Source: Sphagnum compactum
Lineage: Eukaryota
Direction: 5' to 3'
DNA: 64,000 nucleotides
Assembly: GCA_965153455.1 (NCBI GenBank)
Contig: OZ234493.1
Span: forward strand, 15,180,213-15,244,212
The notes beneath the pieces are model-generated. The model did not search any database. It saw nothing but the letters and a program-made list of their open reading frames with translations, and was not told the origin of the DNA. How positions within the stretch are numbered: position 1 is the first letter of the stretch; each line of letters opens with the position of its first letter. The translations under genes were made by a program, and so were the position numbers. Shown in pieces: positions 37,975 through 50,800 of this stretch.

Positions 37975-40900
37975 GATTTTGGGTTGCAACAATGATCCAA
38001 ACGTAGTGAAGGCGATGAATCAAATTGGGTCATAAGGATTTTTTGAATTTAGTAATCATTGAATCCAATAAAAATAAGAAGAATAATGATGAGGTTGAAA
38101 CAAAATGTGATTTTAATGACAAAGGAGAAGGAGGAGGAAGAGGAAGAGGAAGGAGATCAACAAGACATTGATAGTAGTGGCAAGAATTATCAGATGGTGC
38201 AACAACAACAACAACGTGAAGGAATGATGAGAACATGGAGTCAAAGGAGAGTAAACATGGGCTTATTTGATCCACCTACACCTCGCACTTTGAATCACAA
38301 GCGCCAAAGAAATGTCCTCATAACAAATGTAAGGAATAAAAAATTCCCCCCATGTAATCATACTTTTCAATCTAAAAAATTGTTTATTGTTTTGCAATAT
38401 ATTCTCTATATGTTTCCCCTAAATAAATTCTTCATTGGGAGTGGTGATTGACAATCCATTGGTGGAGTGTTTATTTTTCAGATAATTGCGGAAATGAAAG
38501 TAAGTCCCAGAAAGTTTAAGGGAACGGAAGGGGCAGAGGCCAAGGGATGGAAAGCAAGACCTAATGCGCAACAAAGTTCACTTTTGCGAAGCATCAAGAA
38601 ACGCATGCAACAACGCAAACTCAAATTGAAAGCATTCCAAAACCAACACATCTTTGATAATCTTTTTGTGGTACAACAAAGAAAAAGATTCAATCCATCT
38701 TTTTTTTTTTCAAAAATCATATGAATTCATTTTTTACGGTTTGGAGCTCTTCCTCATATTTCTGCTTGTGAAATCCATAGTTTAGTCCTTTGTTTTCCCC
38801 CTTCTCTCTTGTATGTTTGTTTGTTTATCTTTGCAACATGTGCCAAATATGTTGCATAGGTAATCTTTTAAAATTTAGGGTTGGTGTTCTGTAAACTAAT
38901 TATAAGGTTTCCATACACATTTGTGCCATTTCTCCACTTGTGAAAATCACCACAATGGACATTTGCACTATTGAACTTTTAACATTGTTTCTCTACATAT
39001 CAATGTCAATTGTTGGCACTTTCTTTGATGACTGGTATCAAATAAAATTTAACAACCTCTTCTTCTTCAAGGGCTTTTTTTCTCTTTCAAATTCCTGATT
39101 TCTTATGGTTTTTTGTCAAAAAAATTTCATAAAGGTATGGATCATGTGCTCATGTCTTTCTTTTTGTGATTTTTTCACAATTTGGTAAATTGAACATCTT
39201 CTTGAAATATACGATGCATTTTTTCTTTTTTGATTCTTGGAAATTCTAGATTCCAGAAGGTATGGATGATCACCGACATATCACCGAAGAGACTATAACA
39301 GCAAGCAAGGTGGAAGTGGTAGCACGAGAATTAATTAACAAAACTGCTTACGATCAAAATAGGTTTGTTGATTGATCACATTGCCAACCATATTCGTATA
39401 TATTACACATGTTCTATTCCTAAGTATTGCAAATCTCTAAAAATGTCCTTTAGACGGTTCTTCACATGAAAAAATAAGACAAAATTTTAATGATTTATAT
39501 TGAAAACTTCAACCCAAAAATAGTCATTTCAAAGGAAATCCATGTTTTCCTAATGAATGTTTTCATTGAAGTTGAATTACGAACCATAAAAAAAATCTTT
39601 TAAGAAATTGAAATATATGAACATGAAAATAGGGTTAGATTTGTGTAGAGCACAACAAGGAGTTTGGGCGCAATTAGGGAAGCCATATGAATGCTTAGGA
39701 GTTCCGTGCATAACAATTTCAAAAGAATGCCCAATGCCAGAACTTGGAAACTATGGTATTGATATTAATGAAGATGAAGAAAAGGCATCATTTCAATTCT
39801 TCAAAGAGTTGGGTGTTGTTGAGGCACACAAAAGAGCACAAATTCAAGATGAAGAATTAGTCCCACTCTTCAAGAGAAAAAAGGAAATGGTTCTTCAATA
39901 TGCTCAAACAAGTGCCAATATGGCTCGAATGCTTATCAAAATGGGACTCATGCATTTTCATGGTAACAAAATCTCCCATCTTTAATTAATGAAATTGTGT
40001 TATTTATAAACATGAATTGACGGACTCATATTATGCATGTTGGATGATGCAAATCTATATGTAATGGGTGTATTTTTTGGTGCTAGATTTGGATTCTGTT
40101 CGATTTCCAAAAGTACCAATTGAAATATCCGATGCTTTCAAGAAGATTGTTAAGGTAAAATCATCTAGGGGTGTGATAAATATGTATTTATTTAGCATCA
40201 ATAGGATAGGGAAATTTTTGAATATTTTGCATGGATCTTTGAACTTTGAATAAAAAATGTTTTGATCATGGATTTAACAACAATTTATGAATTTTGAAAG
40301 TTTTGTGACCATCTAGTCTCTTGGTGTGTAGAAAGGAAGCACATTTCCAGCAGATTATGATGTGACCATGATGGCATCACATGCTCGGAAACTAACACGT
40401 GCACCACTTGAAGTTGGTATGTCAACATTTACCAAAACATCCTTGCATGGTGTCGGGAAAAATGTCATCAATTTTCCTTTACATGTTGCCAATTTTTCTC
40501 ATTTAGTTCTTTCATGACCTCAAAGATCTTCAACCGTGAGTAACTTGTGTACTATGATATATGAAATATGATAATTAAATTCACAAGTTTTCTATCCAAG
40601 AGCTTGATCCATTACACATAGATACAAGCCATAGTTACTAACATATTGATGGCATGGATATCACTTCCTTGGTGATGATCACAAACAAACACATGCCAAA
40701 CCACACTAAGATGAGCTCAATTTGTTTTTTGGATTAGACAAAGAAGTTGTGTGAGAATCTAAAATGATAGCTAAGGGGTATGGCAGGAGAACGATTTATA
40801 TTAGGTGTAAGTGGTTCACCACTTCCAATTCTACAAGGAAGGTAATCACCTTCAAATCCTAAATCATATGTATAGCCTATAATTATAGGTACATCAAGAA

Positions 40901-43501
40901 TGGTTCTTTCATGAATGCATTTGTCATTTTTTCCCATCATAATTAGTTGCAAGTTTATTTGTTTGAATATATCCGAAAAAATTTCTTAGCTTTTGTGGTA
41001 TAACATGTGCATTGAAATATTAGTCAACATTTTTAACAATGTCCAGTGGTGGCTTGGGGTGCAGTTTACAAGATAATGATCCTACATTGCAAGGGCAGGT
41101 AGCATTATGTTTCTTCCTTTGATGGGTCTTACTTAATCCTAAGCAAAATCTTCACATGGGTGTTAAAAATTTATCTTACAAGTTTGAACCATTCAATCGA
41201 AACCTTCAAACTTGCTATAAGTTTCAATATGGTTACTAGATCTTAGTCATTGAATAATTATTCCACATCAAAATATATACATTTATTTTATAGAAACAAT
41301 TATTACATGGTAATTGTATATACATTCAGATGGATGTAATGGCAGAGTGTGTATGGGGAATCACATGTATCAGCCATCAAAGAGCAAGACATCCCTGACA
41401 ATGTTTTCATCCACTCTACAAGGCCATCAACTGAATCCCAAAGAATTTCAAGGGTATACATGTTTTTCTTGGCTTGAATGACTTAAGCTTTTGTTTTCTT
41501 CTAGATTTACAAGTCCTAGAAGGTGAAGACGTTTACATTGGGTAATGAATGTCTACATGAAACACATACAAATGCATCATATGGTGTATGATTTTGATTA
41601 TTTGATCTAGAACAGGGTTTGGGTTTCATCATATAATCTACATGTGCCATCTATGCTACCATGGGTGATTCGGTAAATCCTAACTTCGGTAACAATGATG
41701 CATTCTTAGTTGCATCATTGTTGGGGATGAGATCAATGAACCTAGTTATAGGGCTTGTTTGGTTCTTATTGCTAAAATGACATTGGTGTGTAACACAGAA
41801 TCCCACACCAGCACTAAAAATGGCCAAAACACTTCCACTCCATGATGATTCTCTTGTAAGCTTCTTCAACTTTTGAATATTGAATTGAGGGGCCTTCCAA
41901 CTTCATGATTTTGTATTTTCTATGTTAAGTTCTTAATCAATCGTTTAATTTTGACATTGACAACCCATGTTAAATATCTTAGTTTCCAAAACAAGTGCAT
42001 GCTACCAATTCAAGACGAGGTCCTCAATGATACATTTTATGTCATGGACATATATGTTTTGAAACTCCAAATGTGATGGTCACATTCCAGAATCACATAG
42101 TTTAAATCACAAATTTGGGTTTAAAATTGCAGGTATTTGAATGGAAGAAGCAAATATTGACACTTCGAAGGGATTTGGAACATGACTTACACTTGAAGTT
42201 AGTAGCACGGTCCGATCGGCGTGAACATTGGCGTTCATCCTCCCCATTCTCAAGTGAAGTATGTATTGTAGTCACTTAGTTTACATTGTGTAATTTTTAT
42301 ATTTCACAAGTTTCTTGCAAAGTTGACTATCACAGTACAAATTGTTATCCTACCAAGGGAGTTGATCAATGGGTGTATGTATGGTGTTGATTGATTTGCA
42401 ACTCCATGTGAAATTGGCCTACTTGTTTTTGTTATGAGGTTAGGTAGCAGAAAAGGTGATGGAACAACTAAATCACTCTGGTGGTCGACAAACTCCAAGC
42501 ACTCGACGGATATGGCAAACATCTACCCACTTCTCTAGATTGTGCTCCCAAATAAACATCATGTGTTTGAAATTTGATTAACTTGCATCATGTAACTAAT
42601 TTCATCTGGTAGTGAATTAAACATGGTGATATGCTAGAGATGGCACTATGGGTTGTGATAAGTAAGAATTGAAGTGGGTTCAGTGCAAATGTTGACAAAA
42701 ATTATTTTTACACTAAGTTTGATTGAATGATTGAAGGAAAAAGGCACAAGATAGGCATGTGGCACAAATGCCAATTCCTGTGCCAGATTATGAATCAGAA
42801 ACAGAGAGCATAAAGAGATTCTACGATCGGGTGTGCACATTTGTCCATCATCAACGAATGGCAGACCCTTTGATGGACGTTCTTGTTTACTTCTTAAAAG
42901 AGTACATCAAACCTTCCTCCCTTTTGTATATTCCATTCTCATTCCTTTTTTCATGAATGTGAGTGATACGCTTTAATTATGGTCATGTTATAAATAGACA
43001 AATGGCGGAGTTTGGAATGTATGAAAACCAACCAAGTTCCAACCCATTACACACCACATGCAAGGAAAAATCATTTGATAAAACATTTGTAAATTGCAGA
43101 TTGTTGGAAGATGGACAAAAATTAGAGAAATTGCTCTTGCATAAACTTTGTCTCAGCCTTGCAAAAATTCCTGGTAACTTAAAGAACTTAATGCAAATCT
43201 TTGGTTGAATTTTTCGGTTCTCTCCTTAAAAATGGAGCAATATTGCAACATCGGTTTGCCAAAATTCCAAAGCATGTTAGTCAAACTATAATTGTGTATG
43301 TTGATTTTTAATTGATTAACTACATCACCAACATAAGTTGGATCAAATTGTGTTTGGCCAGAGGAGTTGGCGAGTGTGGGGCGAATGGCAAGTGTCATGC
43401 CAATTCTTCAATTTATTTGCAAGGAAGTCCATGTCACATCCACGGAGTTCAAAGACCTTTTGAGTTCATCAGGGTTGGATCACCACAATATATTATAAGA
43501 G
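37975..43501 (+). pseudogene. Decayed multi-exon gene of unknown family
   Basis: More than a dozen purine-rich exon-like blocks bounded by AG/GT in AT-rich DNA, for example 39249-39362, ~39633-39962, 40087-40155, 40332-40416, 41330-41453, 41799-41855 and 42133-42258. Some are open and several contain stops. No domain was recognised. Confidence 0.55.
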
Positions 43502-45592
43502 GTATGTATGTGTATGATTTACACCTATTTCCACTTGTTTTGTTCTAATCAATTTCCATGAATCCATCATCAATTTAACATTAATTATGGCAAACACCCT
43601 TGTTACCCCCACATGGATGGACAAGTCTAGAGCAAATAGTAGAAACCAACCTTGAATCCAACCTAGTTTTTGGGTTATAATAGCAAAGACATTAATAGTA
43701 GATGTTGAAGCAATCTCTACTATGCTAATTTCATTTTATTTTGTAGAAATTGATCCAACTCTTGGAAGGAGTTAATGTTATAAGGAAGTTTTAATCATGT
43801 CCTTGTTGATTACCTATAGTCATGCAACTACAAGGACATCATTTTTTCTATAAATTAAAATCCACCAAATGTTCTTTATGTTATAGGATATGCAACTTTT
43901 GTTAAAAATTTACTCCAATGTTGGTGTATCTACTAATGTTGCACTTGTCCTTTTGGGTGGACTAGCAAGAGATTATGGCCCGAACAAAAAACTCTCATGA
44001 AGATAAACCAAATTACGGGTGGTCCTAGGAGCTTGTGCCTTGGTCATTGGGACCATTTCACGCATTTTGATAAGCATTGTATTTCAAGTGTGGTCAATTT
44101 CCCCTCCTTGCATTTTGCCAAAAATCCCATGTGTTTATTCTTTGAATCCTCACCAAAAGCATACCCAATTGATGTTGGTTTCAATATTATTCAACTTTCA
44201 TATGGATTGGCAATTTTTTTTCTGTTTTATTGTTCAACATTCACCAAGATGCATTGGGCTAACATATGTAAAATTGAGACATTGTACAAAAAAAAGGAGT
44301 GACAGTTGATTGTTTCAAATAATAAAGACAATTTCACTCAAACAATGAAGGCATATAGTTCCCAATGTCTTTTTTGAAAATTTAATCAATGTATATCAAC
44401 ATTGAAATTTGTGCTTCAATGTGTGTCATAAATTTTGTATTTTTCATGTTCCATTTACAAAAGGTACATGATCACACAACAACTATGATTTGGGCATGAT
44501 GATTCAATAAATTTTTTTTAATGTCATGATAATCCTAGAAGAAATATCAAATGAATTTATATACCCCTTGTAAGACTCCAAATGTTGGGCCTTCCCACAC
44601 TTTTCATATTCACATTGTCAAGTGGTCAAAAGAATGGGTGCAAACTTACCTATTTGAGGGCCATTTGGCCTTTTGTCCATGGAACTAGACCAACAACCTA
44701 AGCGATGCATCTCATGTAAAGATACGGTTCAATTCAAAAGCATGCCAAATGAATGCATGGGTGCAAAGGTGTGCATTGTCTTGTCATTCTTCTGGACAAA
44801 AGAGCCCTTCCCTTGTACATTGAACCAAGTTTTCATGTTCAAAAAGAGTTGTGAGTTCTCAAAATTGAGGTGCTTTAAGTTTTGTTCAAAAATTTAATGC
44901 TCATAAAACACGACCTGTTTTCTTTGGAATAAATTATATATATGTAACATGCATATATATATATATTTTATTTTATTTTTATTTTTTTTCATTTTGATAT
45001 TTTGGATGTTGGAGTTGGAGATTGCTTGGAACAAGGGTTATTTGATTAGAATTTTTTGTGTTTCTAAATTATGGTCTCATATGAGGGATGATTCGTGGAT
45101 TATTGAAAACAATTTATTTGCAAACATCCAAACAAAAATGTGTTTGCAAGCACCAGACGGCTAAATTGAAAGAAAGAAAACCTTAAAAAGAAAAATATTA
45201 TTATTATAATAAATAATAATAATAATAATTTTTAAAAAAAAACAAAACCTGTAGAGGAGGTGTGGGGAGGTGCAAATATTGAGGTTTGTAATTGGGTTGG
45301 TAGCTTGGTAATCTGCATTTTCTGCACTAATCATGTTTATATAAAGTTGCGCCAAATTTGGTTGGCAATTTGCATTTTTCTGTACTAATGTGTTTTGCAT
45401 TAGCTGTGCTTAAATCGGGTTTGCTATGAGTATTGGGTGGGTATTAGAAATTGCATGGAACTCCCCTCGGGATTCTTAAGGTTCATTACCGCGGTTCTTA
45501 AAACAAAAGGAAAAAAAACAAGAAAAAGAAAAAGACGAGGTTCTGATATACATTACCATAGTTCTCAAACAATTGAAAAAAATCAAATACCC

Positions 45593-45705
45593 GCAAACAA
45601 ACTTTTGCACAAACTTCTGCAAAAACTTCACCAAATTTCCCATTTTGCAAACAAACTTTTGCACAAACTTCTACAAAAACTTCACCAAATTTCCCATTTG
45701 CAAAC
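45593..45705. repeat. Two-copy 54-bp tandem duplication upstream of the CAD-like pseudogene
   Basis: GCAAACAAACTTTTGCACAAACTTCTRCAAAAACTTCACCAAATTTCCCATTT occurs twice. Confidence 0.9.
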
Positions 45706-46303
45706 AAACAAACCCATTTCTTCATTCCAAAGTGTACAGATTAGATCTCTTTGTATAGTGTTTTGTGTGTGGTGGTGTTCTTTTTCCCTTTTCCTGCAAA
45801 GCTCACAAATTTGGGTAGCTACTGGACATACCAGGGATTGCAGCAGCTGCTGCACAAGAAAGCTAAGGTAACAGCTGATTACAGCTTCAACACTTCTTCA
45901 CATCATCTTTGCATGTCATTGTTGCTTGCCATAGATATATCTATTGCACACTGCAGATAGGAGTGAGAGGAAAGTAGCTGGTGGTTTTTGTTGCACTAGC
46001 ATCACAGTGGAAACTTTGCAGGTGTGAAGAAGAATTTGGACTGTGAAGAAATTTGGGTTGTTTTTCTTCAGAGATGTAGTCTTGGGTTCTTTTTTTCTTC
46101 TTCTAGTCTTTTGTGGCACCACTTCTTTTTTTTTTACTGCATATGGTGCAGGAGAGCTTGGTTGAAGTAGGTGTTGTTGAAGGTTCTGATGATGATGTGT
46201 TGTTGTGAGTGTTTGTTTATGTAGTAATTTTCTACCAGCTGCTGCTCAGAGATTGGAATCCTGGTTCTGTTCTGGCAAGCTTGGAAGGAAGGAAAGAAAT
46301 ATT

Positions 46304-47880
46304 ATGGCACCTGCAACAGTAGAAGTTAGCGCATGGGCTGCAAAAGACTCTTCAGGCCACTTAGCCCCCTTCACATTCTCGCGCAGGTGATGAGCATATT
46401 CTTAAGAACTGGCCAGTTTTTGTTGCAATGATTGAAGGAGATTGTGTTGGGTGTTGTGTTCTCATCTTGGATTGTTTCTTTTTTCTTTTTTTGGTGCCCA
46501 TGGGGTTGCTTTGCTTGCTCGATTGCTTGCTTGCAGAGCAACCGGACCAGGAGATGTGAAGTTCAAGGTCCTCTTCTGTAACTCTGATCCTCTACTTCAA
46601 TCCGTTCAGATTAAAAGCCTGAATTTGTAAAAAATTCTCAGAATCATTCATCTTGATCTGGAGATCTGATGAGGATTTGTGTCAAAGTCATGAGATTTAG
46701 GATGTGTCTGTTGATGATGGGGTTGGGTGGGCCAGATTTGTGTTGAAGATGCCTACCAATTTGCCACTGGATGCAGCAGCACCATTGTTGTGTGTGGGTA
46801 TTACGGTTTATAGCCCCATGAAGCATTACCAGATGGATGTAGCAGGCAAGCATTTTGGAGTGGTGGGTTTAGGAGGCTTAGGTCACATGGCTATCAAGTT
46901 TGGGAAAGCCTTTGGTATGACGGTGACTGTCTTCAGCACCTCCCCCCAGCAAAGAGAAGGAAGCTCTCGAGGTTCTGGGAGCTGATCGGTTCATTGTCAG
47001 TAAAGACCCAGAGCAGATGAAGGTAAATTTTTTTTTTAAAACCCAAAAGAGTTTACACATGAACAATGGCCAAAGCTCTTCTTGTTGGCCAAAGCTTTGC
47101 CAGTGGATACTTGGTGCCAATGTGACAGAATTCATGATCTGTGTATATGAAATGCTTGTTCTCAATGCAACAGAACTCATGATCTGCACATTGTGATCTG
47201 CTTGATGTCAATGCAACGGAACTCAGAATCTGCAGATATGACATGCTTGGTGTCAATGCAACAAAACTCATGGTCCATGTATTTGGATATGTAGGTATCT
47301 GTGCAGGCTGCAGCAGGAACAATTGATTACATAATTGACACAGTTTCTGCTCCTCATCCTTTGGATCCATACCTGAGTACTTTGAAACTAGATGGCAAGC
47401 TTGTGATGGTGGGAATTCCAGTGAAGCCTTTGTCAATCCACGCATTCTCCCTCACTTCTGGTAAAGCCCCAAATTCTTCTTCCACATTTTGTTAGCTTTT
47501 TTGTCTGTTTGTTTGTTTGTTGGAGAGCAGCTGTTTTCTGAGCAGTTCATTGGGAGAGAAGGAAAGAGATGTGTTTTGAAATTCCCCATATTCTTGCCAA
47601 TTTGAGTTTGTATCAATTATACAAATTTCTAAACCTAAAAGCAAAATTTGTGTATAATTGGAAATGGCTGGCAGCACGGCGGTATGTTGGAGGAAGTGGG
47701 ACAGGAGGAATCAAGGAGACACAGGAGATGCTTGATTTTTGTGGGGAGCACAACATCACTTGCATGATTGAAAAGATCCCCATTTCATACATCAACACTG
47801 TGATGGAAAGACTTGAGAAAGTGGATGTGAAGTACTGTTTTGTCATCGATATTGGAAACAGCCTTAAATCTGAGAATTGA
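46304..47880 (+). pseudogene. CAD: Cinnamyl alcohol dehydrogenase-family (Zn-MDR) pseudogene
   Basis: MAPATVEVSAWAAKDSSGHLAPFTFSRR|ATGPGDVKFKVLFC breaks off at 46579. It resumes at 46736 with [25 protein letters not shown], then has a +1 frameshift in the C run at about 46942-46947, then DYIIDTVSA and [13 protein letters not shown]. The GxCHSD, GHE and structural-Zn segments are absent. Confidence 0.85.
47115..47275. repeat. Four degenerate ~45-bp repeats in a CAD intron
   Basis: Recurring GTCAATGCAACAGAACTCATGATCTG-like core. Confidence 0.75.
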
Positions 47881-50800
47881 ATTCCAGCTTTGGATGACAA
47901 CAACTTTGGAAGCTCAAAGGTTGTATCAGCAGCAACAGCTCAATTTTCTCCTGCTTGTGGTGGTACTACTGACTGTCAGGATTTTGTTGTGCACCTAACA
48001 AGGCATTAGATCTGTGAGTAAGTGATATATAGTTGTATCCTTTTTGAGGTTTTTCTGTATTCTGAGAATTTGGGTCTCAGGGTTTGCTCTTCAGTTTTGG
48101 TGTCTCTCTACTATGGTGTTAGTTCACTTGAAAACGGGGCAATTGTACTAATGTAAGTGGGATTTTTCAAGTGAACTAATGCAAGAGGGATTTTATTACT
48201 GTAAAAGTGAAGTGGGATTTTTGCAGTTGGCAATCAAAAATGCCTACTGTAAATGGAAATGGGTGAGGGAGTAGATATGTGAAATCAGATTGGACTTGAA
48301 ACATATGATGCATGGGAGTTGAAGATGAAATTTCTTCACTATTTGCTTTCTCTAGACAAGGGATGATTTCCCACAAGTATGGAGTACTTGTTGAATTGCA
48401 AACAATTTGCCCAATAAGTGTGAAGTTTTTTGATGTTTTGTTCCCTCACATGATGGGACCCCAAGCTAGCTCTGTTGATGGGAGATTAGAAGGTGGCAAA
48501 CATTGGCATGCTCATTTGTTTTTGCTTGGTTGAACTTGTTTCTTTCATTTTAGTGTGTGTTTGTGCTATTGTAACAACATTCATGGTCATTGATGGAAGA
48601 TGACAAAGGATGTACTACCTTGTCAAGAAAGGTTGAAAAGAAAATTGTCACACAACAAAAGACATTGCAAAACAATTTTCCTAGTGATTTTCATTATCTT
48701 CCTTGATCAATTTGATTAAAGATGATCCCTATTGCCATGTTCCCAAGTATTAGGAGAGTTTCTTGACATTTACTTCTTTTGTATCTTCCTCCTACCATTT
48801 TTCCCAATGGTTTTTGTTGATATGTGTTTTCTTAAACTTCACATATTGGCGTATATATTTTTTTAGGGGATTGATTGCACAATGGAATATAATCGAGGTT
48901 GTAGATTACGATGTCATTGTTGATGATGAGATCTTGTCATTCGAAGATCCATGATGATTTTGAATTTGATGAATTTTCATTTTTCTTGTGGATTTTAAGG
49001 CATATGCCAGGGTGAATAAATGTTTGTTGACAATTGGTGTTGTTATGAAAATTTGTGTCTTAATCCTTCCTCCCATTATATCTACTGGTGATGGAGAAGT
49101 TGCTGATGCCGTCATGCACACAATGATTTGTTCATTCTTCTTTGATGCTTGGATGATATTAGAGAAGATAACAATGGTGGCAATAACATGAGTTATGCAA
49201 CTACTTATTGGTTTTGATTTAATTTTCTAAGTAAGATTATGTTAAGAATTTTCATGTTGAAGTTGATCTTGTTTATTTGTCATTTCAAGCCCTTGTTAAA
49301 GTTCTTTTGTCATTTTTCTTCTTGTGAAATAACTTAATGGGGAGTTCTATCCTATCATAAATCTTGTTCATTTATTCTACACATGTGTTCATATGGCTGA
49401 CCAAAAACAAATATTGTGCATTTGCGAAACATCAGTTGATGAAGTTCCAAAATCCTCATAGATCCATGTTTTCTTTGAAAATGTTAAAAACACTTTACTA
49501 AAAGCTATGGACCACTCCATCCAACTTGGAATAAATTTTTAAAAGGAAGAAGAGGAATGTTAAATCAATTGAAAAGGAATGTCTAAAGGACCAATAACTT
49601 TCCATTAACCATGTAAGTAGTGTGTAGAAATGATTTTATTTTTATTTTTTTTCAATAAAAGGTTATACACACGTTGTACAAGCTTTTTAATACCAATATT
49701 GTTCAAACCTACTTCACATTGAAATTTTAATATATTATGATTATAACATACATAATTTGACAATAAGTAAGTAAATATTTTTTAGGTGTTCATCAATTTG
49801 AAAAAAATTTTAAATCAATTTTTCATCTACTTACAACCCATTTTGTAAGATTAGAAATCTCATGCAAGTAGATACATTCTTTAAAAATCTACTTAAATCT
49901 ACTTTCAAAATGGGATTTTTCAACATTATAAATATTATTATAATATTAATTATTACATAAAACAATATTTTTATTTAGAATACATCAAATTTGTTTTGAT
50001 ATAGAGTTAGGAGCCATCTACTTTACTTTACTTTCACCTTAGGTTTGTAAGGTATTTTGAATGTAGCTCAAAAAATTAAAAGGTTTTGATAATTTGGTAC
50101 AAGTAGGAATATTTTTCCAATTTAGTGACATGCCATGAGGAGTTTCAACCTACATTTAGTTCATGCATCATATGCCTCCCAAGGTTGAAACGATGGTGGA
50201 TACGTCATCTTCTTTTAGGCAAATTGAAGGAACCCTTGAATTAATGTAAATATGGTCTTTCATTGCTTCTTGAGCTTTTGTTCCTTAAGGTTGTTGAAGT
50301 TTTAAAAAAGCTTGTTGTGCCTTTTTTGTTCGTGTTGAAATAATATAAGGTTTTTTTGTTTCCTTTTTATTTCAAGCATGCTATAACACCAAGATCCTTT
50401 AGGTTAAGGTGTTGACAACATGGACAAAAAACACATTATCTTTCATAGGATGGAGATTTAACTCAAGTTGGAATGGTCATTACAAAGTGCATGAATGAAA
50501 GCTTTTATGATCATGAATATTAGTCCTTGGAATTCCAAAAATGGTGGCTATGGAAATAATTATTTAGCCATTCATGATGGTATGCATGTGATGTATGAGA
50601 ATGTATTCTATGAACTTTCTATTAATCATGTTGCTCATGAACTTACTAGTGATAATACCATAACATTCATATATATTAATCATGATGGTAAGAATGTTGA
50701 AGATGGAGGTCATTCCCATTGTTTAGAACTAACGAGTTTTCATCATTTATACATTAAGGACTAGACTAAACCATTGTAGATTGAAAACCCAACACAAGTT

